Source: Myxococcales bacterium
GTDB taxonomy: Bacteria; Myxococcota_A; Polyangia; Polyangiales; DASUME01
NCBI GenBank assembly: GCA_047601445.1
Contig: JASGJH010000001.1
Coordinates: 6,176,001 to 6,240,000, forward strand
Reading direction: 5' to 3'
DNA length: 64,000 nucleotides
Positions 39,667 through 49,152 of this stretch are shown here, piece by piece. The translations under genes were made by a program, and so were the position numbers. The notes beneath the pieces were generated by a model. The model saw nothing but the letters and a program-made list of their open reading frames with translations, was not told the origin of the DNA and made no database searches. Within the stretch, counting starts at the first letter, position 1. Every line of letters starts with the position of its first letter.

Positions 39667-41513
39667 GCGCCCCGCGTTTGCGGGTGCTGGTGGTGGCCGC
39701 CGAAACCAGCGATTCAACCTTTGCTCAGCGCGTCCTGGACGACAACGGAGACCGCGCCGAGACCTGCGCCGATGTACCGGAGGCGCTCGCCCGGCTGAGC
39801 CAGGAGAAGTTCGACCTGGCCCTGGTGTCGCTATCCATGCCGCGCGGCGACGGACTCGCGCTGGTGCACCACCTGCGAGCCCTCTACCCGGAGCTCGACG
39901 TGGTGGTGATGTCCACGGCCGACGAGGTCGAGGAGGCCGCCAGTGCGATGGCCCTCGGCGTGTTGAGCACCATGGTCACGCCGCTCACCGGCGACGAGAT
40001 CCTGGTGGCCGCCGATCGCGTGCGCGAGCGTCGCCTGCTGATCGCCGAGCGCACCAACCTGCGCGCGAAGGTCGCCTCGAGCGCACGCCGCAACGAGACC
40101 TATGCGCGCTGTGCCGCCTTCGTGGCGGAGCCTGACACCACGGTGGCCGCGCGTCGCGTGCTCGAAGCCTGTGCCGCCGAGGTGGAGGTGGAAGTCAGCG
40201 CGCTCTACCTGGTGGACTCGCGGCAGGAGCGTTACTTCCGCGTGGCCAAGAGCGGCCTCGGCAGTGCCCTGGTCGAGCAGGTGCAGTCCAAGGATATCCA
40301 CGTCGCCAAGGGTGAATCGCTGGGGCAGGTGGGCGACGAGATTCACCTACTGCTGCACAGCGGAGATACGCGCATCGGCCTGGTGGTGCTCAAGAACAAG
40401 GACAGCACGCCGATCTCACTCGAGGCCCACGAGCTACTCGAGGTCATCGCTCGCCTCGCCAGCGCCGCCCTCACGGCTGCTCGTCGCGTGGAAGCCATCG
40501 CGCGCGGGGGCATCAAGGATCCCGATACCGGCGCCTACACGTTCGCCTACTTCGGGGACGTGGCCTCGCGCGAGATCGACCGCGCCATCCGCCATCACCG
40601 CGCGTTCGCGCTGCTCACGCTGCAGATCTCGGGCCTCACCGAGGTGGCGCCGGACATGTCGATCAGCGAGCTCGCCGGGCTGCGGCGACTCACCACGCAG
40701 TGTGTCTTGGCCTCGGTGCGCGACAGCGACATGGTCGCGCGCGTGGAGGACGACCAGTACTACCTGCTATTGCCCGAGACGGGTTTGCTCGGTGCGCTGG
40801 CCTGTCGTCGTCGCATTCTCGAGCGACTCAAGAGCTTGCCCAAGGACGTCGAACGCGGGATGCCGGGACTCGAGCGCCGCGTGGATCCCACGCGCCTCGT
40901 GGCCAGCGTCGGCATCAGCGCGTTCCCCAGCGACGGCGCCGATCTGGGCGTTCTCATCAAGCTGAGCCGTCGGCGCAGCGATCGCGCGCGCGAGAGCGAC
41001 TGGTATCGTTTGGGGCTCGACGGACTGCCTTTCTGGGATGCCGTGACGCGCCTGGTGCAGGGAGACCCCGGGGACCAGGACAGCGGCTCGGGGCTAGGTG
41101 CGCGGGCCATGATGCCCGTCGAGCTGATCGCCCGCATCACGCTCGGCCTCATCCGCGACGCACACCGCGACAACACGGCCGGCACCCTGTATTTGGCGGG
41201 CGACGCCGAGCTCAGCGCACAGGTCGCTCGTGAAGCCCTGACGGCCCACGATCCTGCCCTGCGCACCTGGTTGCTCGGTCCTTCGCCGTCCGTGCGCGAC
41301 CCCGCGGCCGAGCTGCGCCTCCCCATCGCCGATCCACGGCTCAAGCAGACCGCCCTCGTCTTGTGCATCACCGAGCGCTGCGGCTACTGCCTGGTGGCGC
41401 GCCGCGGCGAGGCCGGTCAGGTGGTCGCCTATCACTCGTCGGACCTCGAGCTGGTCGAGGGCCTCGTCAACGCACTGCAGACCACCTACCACCTGCAACC
41501 GGAGCTCCGGTGA
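39663..41513 (+). CDS. Pseudo-receiver + GAF-like + degenerate GGDEF protein with C-terminal DICT-like domain
   Basis: FDLALVSLSMP (phospho-Asp replaced by Ser); DPDTGAY; RDSD-MVARV-EDDQY in place of RxxD-x5-GGDEF; ATGA overlap with dapF. Confidence 0.82.
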   Translation: MSAPRLRVLVVAAETSDSTFAQRVLDDNGDRAETCADVPEALARLSQEKFDLALVSLSMPRGDGLALVHHLRALYPELDVVVMSTADEVEEAASAMALGVLSTMVTPLTGDEILVAADRVRERRLLIAERTNLRAKVASSARRNETYARCAAFVAEPDTTVAARRVLEACAAEVEVEVSALYLVDSRQERYFRVAKSGLGSALVEQVQSKDIHVAKGESLGQVGDEIHLLLHSGDTRIGLVVLKNKDSTPISLEAHELLEVIARLASAALTAARRVEAIARGGIKDPDTGAYTFAYFGDVASREIDRAIRHHRAFALLTLQISGLTEVAPDMSISELAGLRRLTTQCVLASVRDSDMVARVEDDQYYLLLPETGLLGALACRRRILERLKSLPKDVERGMPGLERRVDPTRLVASVGISAFPSDGADLGVLIKLSRRRSDRARESDWYRLGLDGLPFWDAVTRLVQGDPGDQDSGSGLGARAMMPVELIARITLGLIRDAHRDNTAGTLYLAGDAELSAQVAREALTAHDPALRTWLLGPSPSVRDPAAELRLPIADPRLKQTALVLCITERCGYCLVARRGEAGQVVAYHSSDLELVEGLVNALQTTYHLQPELR

Positions 41514-42928
41514 GCGAACGTATCCAACGCCGCGTCCTCGTGGTGGACCCCGACTACAACACCACTGGCACGCTGTCGCGCGCGCTGCGCGCCCGAGGAC
41601 ACCACGTGACCTTGGCCGCGGACGGACGCGCGGGGCTGCAGCGCGCCGTGGAGATTGCGCCCGACGTCGTGCTGGTCGATCGCGACGTGCCAGTGGTCGA
41701 TGTGCAGACGTTCCTCGAGGTGCTGCGCGACAATCCGCGCACGAGTAGCGCGCACGCCTTCGTGCTCACGGCGGCGGATCCCACCTACCTCAGCGCCCTC
41801 GATCCGCGCATCGAGGCCCTGGTGAAGCCGTTCCACGTGGCCGAGGTGGTGGCGCGCATCGAGTCCGTATTCCGGCGTCGCAGCGCGCCCAAGCGCGAGC
41901 CCGAGCTGCGCGGTGACCTCGAGCAGGTGGCGTTGTTCGACCTCCTGCAGGTGTTCGCGCAGAACCGCCGCACGGGCACCTTGCGCGTGGAGGCACGCGG
42001 CGCCACCGGCGAAATCTGCGTGCGCGACGGGCGCATCGTGGACTGCATCTACCGCGGCGCACGCGGCGAGAAGGCGCTCTACCGCCTGCTCGCCTCCACG
42101 CGGGGACAGTTCGTGTTCTTGCCTGGTGTGGTCTCCTCGCGCGACACCATCGAGGCCTCCACCGACATGCTGATGATGGAGTCCGTGCGTCAGGCCGACG
42201 AGCTGCTGGCGATGAGCTCCCAGATGCCCTCGCTGAGCGCCCAGGTGGCGGTGGCGCGCAAGCCAGCCAACGAGATCTCCGAGATGGCCCAGCGCATCCT
42301 CACGGCGCTCGGCGACGACACGCGCGGCATCGACGAGGTGCTCGACGTATTTCCAGAGAGCGATCTCGACGTGATGGGTGGCCTCAAAGAATTGCTCGAG
42401 GGCAACGTGCTGGTGGTGCTGGACGGCGGCAGCAGCACCACCCAGCTGTGCGACGAGGACGAGGCCGTCGCGCTGCGCGCCGCGGCGCTCAAGCTGCGCC
42501 CGGTGGGCTACGAGAGCGCGGCCCGCTTGGCGGTGTTCGCGGGCTCCTACGTCGCGTTGTCGCGCTTCGCCCGCGCGCTGTCGTCGATCGAAGGCTTCGT
42601 CGCCGAAGCGGCCACCCCCGAGGCCGCCGGCGAGGGCAGCCTCGGCCCGCTCGGGTGCTTGCGGGTAGGAGGCGTGGAGGTCGAGCTGTTCGCGCTGCCC
42701 ACGGACCCCGCCCTGCGCCCGCTGTGGGGGGCATTTCTGGGCCCGGTGCGTGCCGCCGTGTGGCTCACCGAGCCGCTGCCGGACGCGATCGGCTGGGAAC
42801 TTTTGCGGGCTCTGCGCGTGCAGGTGGTCCAAGCCACGGAGGGTTGGGAACACCCACAAGGCGCGGCCGAAACCCTGCGTGCAGCGCTCGCGACCACCAC
42901 CCGGTCGCAAGTTCAGAGCTCTTACTAA
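41510..42928 (+). CDS. Response regulator with DUF4388 domain and degenerate MglA-like C-terminal domain
   Basis: VLVVD...PDVVLVD...KPF receiver; LRGDLEQVALFDLLQ....RRTG.L; VELFALPTDPALRPLW. Confidence 0.82.
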   Translation: MSERIQRRVLVVDPDYNTTGTLSRALRARGHHVTLAADGRAGLQRAVEIAPDVVLVDRDVPVVDVQTFLEVLRDNPRTSSAHAFVLTAADPTYLSALDPRIEALVKPFHVAEVVARIESVFRRRSAPKREPELRGDLEQVALFDLLQVFAQNRRTGTLRVEARGATGEICVRDGRIVDCIYRGARGEKALYRLLASTRGQFVFLPGVVSSRDTIEASTDMLMMESVRQADELLAMSSQMPSLSAQVAVARKPANEISEMAQRILTALGDDTRGIDEVLDVFPESDLDVMGGLKELLEGNVLVVLDGGSSTTQLCDEDEAVALRAAALKLRPVGYESAARLAVFAGSYVALSRFARALSSIEGFVAEAATPEAAGEGSLGPLGCLRVGGVEVELFALPTDPALRPLWGAFLGPVRAAVWLTEPLPDAIGWELLRALRVQVVQATEGWEHPQGAAETLRAALATTTRSQVQSSY

Positions 42929-43139
42929 GCGCTTTCCAAGCCTCTTCGCCCTTGTGTTCCCGGTACGGGAGTACGCCATTCGGTGAGCGGGTCTCAACGC
43001 TCCGAAACCGCGGAAACTAGGGCGTTTGAGGCCTGTTCACGGCTTGAGCCGATGTGTTCGCTTCTGCTATTGTCGATAGCAGTGCGTGCTCGTTCCCGCG
43101 ACGACGGGTGCAGGCAGTGCGCGCAGGTGGGGATCGACC

Positions 43140-45014
43140 TTGGGCGAACGAGAGCGAGACTCGGACGATAGCGGCGCGGGCGTCAAGCGGGCGGGTACGC
43201 CCGTGGACCCTTTGCGCATCTGGAACGCGCTGCGCGCGCGCTGGACATGGATCTTCGTGGCCGGCGTGATCGGCGCCTTCGTGGGGGCCGCGGTCGCCAA
43301 GAAGATGATCTCGCAGACCTTCGCTGCCCAGGCCGTGGTCGCCTATCAGGGGGATGTCTCGCCGCAGTCGCCCGAGCGCCAGACCGTGTTCGAGTCCCTG
43401 ACCTTGAACTCCATCTTGGCCGAGACCGCCAAGCGCATGAAGCTCCCGCTGCCGCCGGCCACCATGCGCAGCTTCATCACGCTGACCACCAACGAGCGCA
43501 CCAACATCGTCACCATCGACGGTAACTGGGCCACGGCCGACGGCGCCGCGGGCCTGGTCAACACCCTGGTGGACGTGTTCCTCGAGTCGCGTCAGCGCAT
43601 CATGCGCGAGCGTCTCGAGCTCGAGGCCCAGCGCTTACGCGGCGCCGTGGGCCAGGCGGAGGCCAAGTACTCCGACGCCAGCAAGGCTTACGACAAGTTC
43701 CGGCGCGAACAGGGCATCACCGACATCTCCCAGGAGCGCGAGCTCGCGATCACACAGGCCGCCGAGCTGGCGGCCCAGGCCGACACGGCGCGTGCCGACG
43801 AGCAGGCCGCGCGCAGCAAGCTCGACGGCATCAAGTTGGTGCCCAGCACGGCGCCCGCTCCGACCACCACCAGCGAGGCCGACGCGCGCCAAGCCGACCT
43901 CGACGAGAAGCGCTTGCTCGAAGCACGGCGCGAGCTCGACGTGGCCAAGATTCAGTACTCCGAGGACCATCCCACGGTGCGCCGCCTGGCCGCCGAGGTG
44001 AGCACCTTGGACGCGCGCGTGAAGAACCGTTACGGCGACAAAGATGGCTTGAGTGCGCGTCGCCACGCGGCAGCCGAGCGTCAGGCCTCATCGGCCGCGA
44101 ATCGTCAGCGCGTGGCCGAGGAGTATCGCGCTCGGCTCAAGGACCGGCTCAACAAGTTGTCGGCGGTCGAAGGACAGGCTGCCGTGCTGCTCGGTGAGCT
44201 GAAGGTGGCCGAGGAGTCGCTCGAGCGCGCCAAGCAGATGCTGTCGGGCGTGGAGCTGCAGCTCTCGCGCCCCTCGGCCGAGTTCCAGGTGCTCGAGCGC
44301 GCCGTGGTCCCTCAATACGCGCTGTCTTCCTCGCGGCGCCGCGCCGCCCTCGGCTTCCCCCTCGGCTTCGCCCTGCTCGCCACGCTGATCACCATCGCGC
44401 TCGCCTTCCGCAAGCTCGACGTGCGCACCCCCAGCGAAGCGGCGTACTGGAGCAAGCTGCCCGTGATCGGCGCCAGCACCTGGCCGCGGGACCCCGAGAT
44501 GCTCTCGAGCTTGATGCACGACCTCGACGACTACGCGCCGCACTGCGAGGGCGTGACGTTGATCGTCGGAGTGTCCATCGAGGAAGCTCACCTCGCGCGT
44601 CGCGTGGCCGAGTGGGACGGTCACCGCATGCCCAAGATCCACGACGTGAACCGCCTGCTCGCGGCGGGCGCACCGCTCGCAGTGGCCGAAGATCGCGCCA
44701 GCGACGGCGGCATGCCCGAGCAGGAAATGGGCCCCCCCGTGATGCAGATCTTGACGCTCACGGGTCCGGTCCCCGCCCAGGCCTTGCGCCGTGCCGCCCG
44801 CCTGGCCGACCGCGTCTTGGTGGTGGTCTACAGCGGTAAGCACGACATCTTCCAGCTCATGAAGATCCGTGGGCGCCTCGGGCGAGACACGGGCATCGGG
44901 CTCTTGTTCGTGGGCCTCGAGAAGGACTACGCGATGGTGCGTGATCGCGTCGGAGCCATCGAGAGCTTCTGGTACGCCACGCGCAGCGCGGTGAGTGGTC
45001 GCGCCGAAGCCTGA
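43140..45014 (+). CDS. Polysaccharide co-polymerase (GumC/Wzc-like) with kinase-like tail lacking Walker A
   Basis: N-terminal TM, long coiled coil with YSEDHPTV, VLERAVVP before the second TM, LPVIG, ADRVLVVV; start uncertain. Confidence 0.82.
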   Translation: MGERERDSDDSGAGVKRAGTPVDPLRIWNALRARWTWIFVAGVIGAFVGAAVAKKMISQTFAAQAVVAYQGDVSPQSPERQTVFESLTLNSILAETAKRMKLPLPPATMRSFITLTTNERTNIVTIDGNWATADGAAGLVNTLVDVFLESRQRIMRERLELEAQRLRGAVGQAEAKYSDASKAYDKFRREQGITDISQERELAITQAAELAAQADTARADEQAARSKLDGIKLVPSTAPAPTTTSEADARQADLDEKRLLEARRELDVAKIQYSEDHPTVRRLAAEVSTLDARVKNRYGDKDGLSARRHAAAERQASSAANRQRVAEEYRARLKDRLNKLSAVEGQAAVLLGELKVAEESLERAKQMLSGVELQLSRPSAEFQVLERAVVPQYALSSSRRRAALGFPLGFALLATLITIALAFRKLDVRTPSEAAYWSKLPVIGASTWPRDPEMLSSLMHDLDDYAPHCEGVTLIVGVSIEEAHLARRVAEWDGHRMPKIHDVNRLLAAGAPLAVAEDRASDGGMPEQEMGPPVMQILTLTGPVPAQALRRAARLADRVLVVVYSGKHDIFQLMKIRGRLGRDTGIGLLFVGLEKDYAMVRDRVGAIESFWYATRSAVSGRAEA

Positions 45015-45333
45015 CCAGGAAAACGCGCGTCCTCGTCCAGGCACCAAGTGAACATCGCGTGAAGCACTGCTCTGGACGCCAACCTGCGCGTGACCGCTGG
45101 TCGCGGCGGGCCTAAGTCGCGCGCAAGACTGACGATCCCAATCTCGCACGCTACGACGCGCGGCTTTTCGCAGTGCTTGCGTGAGCATGATCCTGCGCCC
45201 GCGCAGGCCTTGACCTGTTTCGGTGAGCACGCGTGCTGATTGGCCGCGCAGGAATTCGCCAGCTAGCGTGAGTGTCGGATGCAGTGAGCGCTTGCCTTCA
45301 CTGCGTCACCCAACTCGCATAGGGAGGAACCCC

Positions 45334-47100
45334 ATGTCTCAGTGGCTCTCCGGGGCCGGCCGTGAGGTTGGCATGTACTTGCCGACCCTCGGGATGGCGC
45401 TCGCGATTCTCATCGGCGGCTTCTTGGTCGCGTACTTGCTGCGCGCGATCACCTTGGCGGCGCTCAGGCGCACGGGCATCGGCCAGCGTGTTTCGCACGG
45501 CTTCGGTGCACACGACGCACCCAGCGCAGCGCGTGTGGAGAGCTGGATCGCCAAGGCGGTGTTCTACACCACGCTCGCCTTCGTGTTCGTGGCGTTCTTC
45601 TCCCAGCTGCGCATCAACGCCGTCACCGATCCCATCGTGCGCGCTTTGTCGGGCATCACGGGTGCAATCCCGAACCTGCTCAAGGCCGCCCTGATCGGCT
45701 TCGCGGGCTACTTGCTCGCCAAGCTGGCGAAGAGCGGGGTGTCGACGCTCATCGATCGGACTCACCTCTCGGATCGCCTGGCGCGCATCGCCGGCGATGC
45801 GCCGGAGGGCTTGGCCGAGACTCAGACCCTGAAACCCGGCACCGCGGAAGGCACCACCTACCGTGAGGTGGAGCGGGCGCCCATCAAGGCCAAGAAGCTC
45901 AACTGGCTCGGGCACACCAAGCTGGCGAGCACCGCCGGTGAGATCGCGTACTGGGTGGTGCTCGCCATCACGGCAGTGCCGGTCCTCGAAGCTCTGAGCG
46001 TGGGCGTGTTGGCGATCCCGCTGTCGCGGGCCATCGAGGCCATCACCACATACGCTCCGCGCGTGATCGGCGCCGCCATTCTGCTGGCGATCGGTTACCT
46101 GGTCGCACGCTTCACCAAGAAGGCCATCAGTGCGCTCGCGCACCGCATCGGCGTCGACCGACTGGTCACGCGCGTCGGGGGCGAGCGCGTCATGCGCGGT
46201 CAGTCCTTGTCGAGCATCCTCGGCACCATCGCGATGGCGTTCGTGCTCTTGCACTTCGCCATCAGCGCCGTGGGTCGCCTGGAGATCGCCGAAATCAGCG
46301 GGCCCCTCACGGGCTTCCTGGCCGCCATCTACACCTTCCTGCCGCGCTTGTTCGTGGGCGCCTTGGTGCTCGCCGTCGGCATCGTGTTGGCGCGCCTGGT
46401 GGGCAATCTGGCAGCGCGTCTGCTCGCCGGAATGGGCTTCAATACCTTGATGGCCCAGATCGGAATCTACCGCGGCGAACAGGTGTCGGGGGTCGACCAG
46501 GAGGTCGAGGCCAAGGCCCTGATCAACGCACGTCGTGGTGTCTCGCGCGTCACCTATCATACTGGCAGCAGCATCAACGGAACCGGCGCGGACGACTTGC
46601 TCAGCGGCGGCGCTACCCTGGCTACCGCCAAGACGCCCTCCGACGTGGGTGGTCTGGTGGTGACCGCGGCCATCGCGATCATCTTCCTGCGTCAGGCTTT
46701 GGGCACCATGCAGCTCCAGGGCTTCGCGCAGCTGCTCGACACGGTGCTCGCCTTCTTGCCCAACCTGTTCGTGGCCGCCGTGATCCTGGCGGCTGCCATG
46801 GCGGCGGGCAACTGGGGACGCCAGCGCGTGCGGGAGCTCACCGGAGGCTCGGACGACCGGCTCATGCGCTCGCTCGATCAGGTGGTCTACGTGGCGATCA
46901 TCACCGTGGGTGTGATGATGGCGGCCCAGCAGCTCGGCGTGGGGTCCCAGCTGATCGGCACCGCCTTCACGCTGATCCTGGGCGCGGTCTGCCTGGCCCT
47001 GGCCCTGGCGTTCGGGCTCGGCGGTCGCGAGGTGGCCGGCGACTTCCTCCGCAAGGAGGTCTCGCGTCGCCAGCGTGGCTCGATGGCACCCGGCGAATAA
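45334..47100 (+). CDS. Multi-TM protein with repeated MscS-type TM-helix modules (CmpX-like)
   Basis: Repeated P(N/R)L..A..I units and LALAFGLGGREVAG C-terminus; GGGAGG RBS. Confidence 0.82.
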   Translation: MSQWLSGAGREVGMYLPTLGMALAILIGGFLVAYLLRAITLAALRRTGIGQRVSHGFGAHDAPSAARVESWIAKAVFYTTLAFVFVAFFSQLRINAVTDPIVRALSGITGAIPNLLKAALIGFAGYLLAKLAKSGVSTLIDRTHLSDRLARIAGDAPEGLAETQTLKPGTAEGTTYREVERAPIKAKKLNWLGHTKLASTAGEIAYWVVLAITAVPVLEALSVGVLAIPLSRAIEAITTYAPRVIGAAILLAIGYLVARFTKKAISALAHRIGVDRLVTRVGGERVMRGQSLSSILGTIAMAFVLLHFAISAVGRLEIAEISGPLTGFLAAIYTFLPRLFVGALVLAVGIVLARLVGNLAARLLAGMGFNTLMAQIGIYRGEQVSGVDQEVEAKALINARRGVSRVTYHTGSSINGTGADDLLSGGATLATAKTPSDVGGLVVTAAIAIIFLRQALGTMQLQGFAQLLDTVLAFLPNLFVAAVILAAAMAAGNWGRQRVRELTGGSDDRLMRSLDQVVYVAIITVGVMMAAQQLGVGSQLIGTAFTLILGAVCLALALAFGLGGREVAGDFLRKEVSRRQRGSMAPGE

Positions 47101-47182
47101 CACCCGGCTGCGTCCAACGTGTGCCCGCAGATGCTCCGGCGTCTGCGGGCACTCGCCGTTTCGGCGGCTGAACTCATCGAAT

Positions 47183-47214
47183 CTCACGGACTCACGGACT
47201 CACGGACTCACGGG
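47183..47214. repeat. Octamer repeat (CTCACGGA)x3 + CTCACGGG upstream of ada
   Basis: Read directly. Confidence 0.9.
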
Positions 47215-47301
47215 CCGCGTTTTCTCGATTCGGGAGCAAGCCGCGGAGCGTCCCATCGTCGTCGCCCGGCCACAGTGCTACGCCAGAAAGGAGCCATTCC
47301 C

Positions 47302-48417
47302 ATGGCCGTAGCCGTTTCCGTGACCCCGATGGTACGCCGCGCACGTCCCACCCCCCGCACGCTGAATGCCGACGACGATCCTCGTTGGGCTCAGCTCGTC
47401 GCGCGCGACGCGGGCGCCGACGGACAGTTCTATTACTCGGTCGAGACCACGGGCGTGTATTGCCGCCCGAGCTGTGGCGCTCGCCGGCCCAACCCCAAGA
47501 ATGTCCGCTTCCATGCCACTCCTCAGGACGCCGAGCGCGCGGGCTATCGTCCCTGCAAGCGTTGTCGGCCGGAGCAGCTCAAGGATGCGAATCGGGCCGC
47601 ACTCGCCGAGAAGGTGACGTTGGCCTGTCGGCTGCTCGAGCAGCGCAAGGACTCGCCGTCGCTCGCCGAACTCGCGCAAGCCGTGGGCTTGAGCACTTTC
47701 CACTTCCATCGCCAGTTCAAGGCCCACACCGGCCTTACGCCGCGGCAATACCAGGCCTCGTTGCGAGGTAGCGAAGTGCGCGCGCGGCTCGGTCGGGGCG
47801 CCTCGGTGAGCTCGGCCATCTACGGCGCGGGCTATGGGGCCAGCTCGCGCTTCTACGAGAAGTCCTATCAGCTGCTCGGCATGCAACCCAAGAATTTCCG
47901 GGCCGGCGGCAAGCAAGTGTCCATCCACTTCGCGCTCGGTGCATGTTCGCTCGGCAACATCCTGGTGGCGCAGAGCCCCAAGGGGCTATGCGCCATCTTG
48001 CTCGGTGAAGATCCAGAGGAACTGTTGCGGGATCTCGAGGCGCGCTTTCCACACGCGGACCTCATCGGCGGCGACCGTGCCTTCGACGACGTGGTCGCGC
48101 GCGTGGTGGCCTTCGTGGAGGCGCCGCGCAAGGGGCTCGCGCTGCCCCTGGATATTCAGGGCACGGCGTTTCAGCAACGGGTCTGGCGCGCTCTGAGCAG
48201 GGTCCCGGTGGGATCCACGTTGAGCTACCGCGAGCTCGCCGAGCGCATCGGCGCGCCCGGAGCCTCGCGCGCGGTCGGCCACGCATGCGGGCAGAATCCA
48301 CTCGCGGTGGCCATCCCGTGTCATCGCGTGGTGCGCGCCGATGGTGGCCTTTCGGGCTACCGCTGGGGCCTCGAGCGCAAACGCGCGCTGCTCGCTCGCG
48401 AGGGGGGAGAACCATGA
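47302..48417 (+). CDS. ada: Bifunctional regulator / O6-methylguanine-DNA methyltransferase Ada
   Basis: TTGVYCRPSC, GYRPCKRC Zn domain, AraC HTH, IPCHRV active site; AAGGAG RBS. Confidence 0.96.
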   Translation: MAVAVSVTPMVRRARPTPRTLNADDDPRWAQLVARDAGADGQFYYSVETTGVYCRPSCGARRPNPKNVRFHATPQDAERAGYRPCKRCRPEQLKDANRAALAEKVTLACRLLEQRKDSPSLAELAQAVGLSTFHFHRQFKAHTGLTPRQYQASLRGSEVRARLGRGASVSSAIYGAGYGASSRFYEKSYQLLGMQPKNFRAGGKQVSIHFALGACSLGNILVAQSPKGLCAILLGEDPEELLRDLEARFPHADLIGGDRAFDDVVARVVAFVEAPRKGLALPLDIQGTAFQQRVWRALSRVPVGSTLSYRELAERIGAPGASRAVGHACGQNPLAVAIPCHRVVRADGGLSGYRWGLERKRALLAREGGEP

Positions 48418-49151
48418 GTCGCGCCGCTCCGGCACGCACCGCGTCTCATCGTGCGCCAGGGATCGAGTCCGAGCACATGGCGAGCGTGGAGAGCGATCTC
48501 GAGCGTCAAGGCTGGGCGAGCGTGCCCCATCTCTTGAGCGAGGCGAGCTGCGCGAACCTCACGGCCCTTTATGCCGAGCCCACGCACTTTCGCAGCCGCG
48601 TGGTGATGCAACGCCACAACTACGGACGCGGAGAATACCAGTACTTCGCTTACCCATTGCCCCCGCTGCTCGCAGAGCTACGAGCACAGCTCTACGGTCA
48701 GCTCGTGCCGCTGGCGAATCGCTGGATGGAGGCCTTGCAGAGCGACGTCCGCTATCCGGAGCGGCACGCCGAGTTCGTGGAGCGCTGTCATCGAGCGGGC
48801 CAGACCCGGCCGACGCCGCTGCTGCTCAAGTACCAGGCCGGCGACTACAACTGCCTGCACCAGGACCTCTACGGTGCCCACGTGTTCCCGCTGCAGGTGG
48901 CGGTGCTGCTCTCGCATCCCGGACGCGATTTTACGGGCGGAGAATTCGTGCTCACCGAGCAGCGTCCGCGCATGCAGTCACGGGCCAGCGTGGTGCCGCT
49001 GCAGCAGGGCGACGCCGTGGTGTTCGCAGTGGAGAAGCGCTCCGTTCACGGGGCACGCGGCACCTATCGCGTCAACATGCGGCACGGCGTGAGCAGCTTG
49101 TCTTCTGGCGAGCGCTACACGCTGGGGCTCATCTTCCACGACGCCAGCTGA
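48414..49151 (+). CDS. 2OG-Fe(II) oxygenase (DUF2086-type), coupled to ada
   Basis: GRGEYQYF, RPTPLLL, LHQDLYG (HxD), RHGVS, R.TLG.IFHDA. Confidence 0.9.
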   Translation: MSRAAPARTASHRAPGIESEHMASVESDLERQGWASVPHLLSEASCANLTALYAEPTHFRSRVVMQRHNYGRGEYQYFAYPLPPLLAELRAQLYGQLVPLANRWMEALQSDVRYPERHAEFVERCHRAGQTRPTPLLLKYQAGDYNCLHQDLYGAHVFPLQVAVLLSHPGRDFTGGEFVLTEQRPRMQSRASVVPLQQGDAVVFAVEKRSVHGARGTYRVNMRHGVSSLSSGERYTLGLIFHDAS

Positions 49152-49152
49152 C

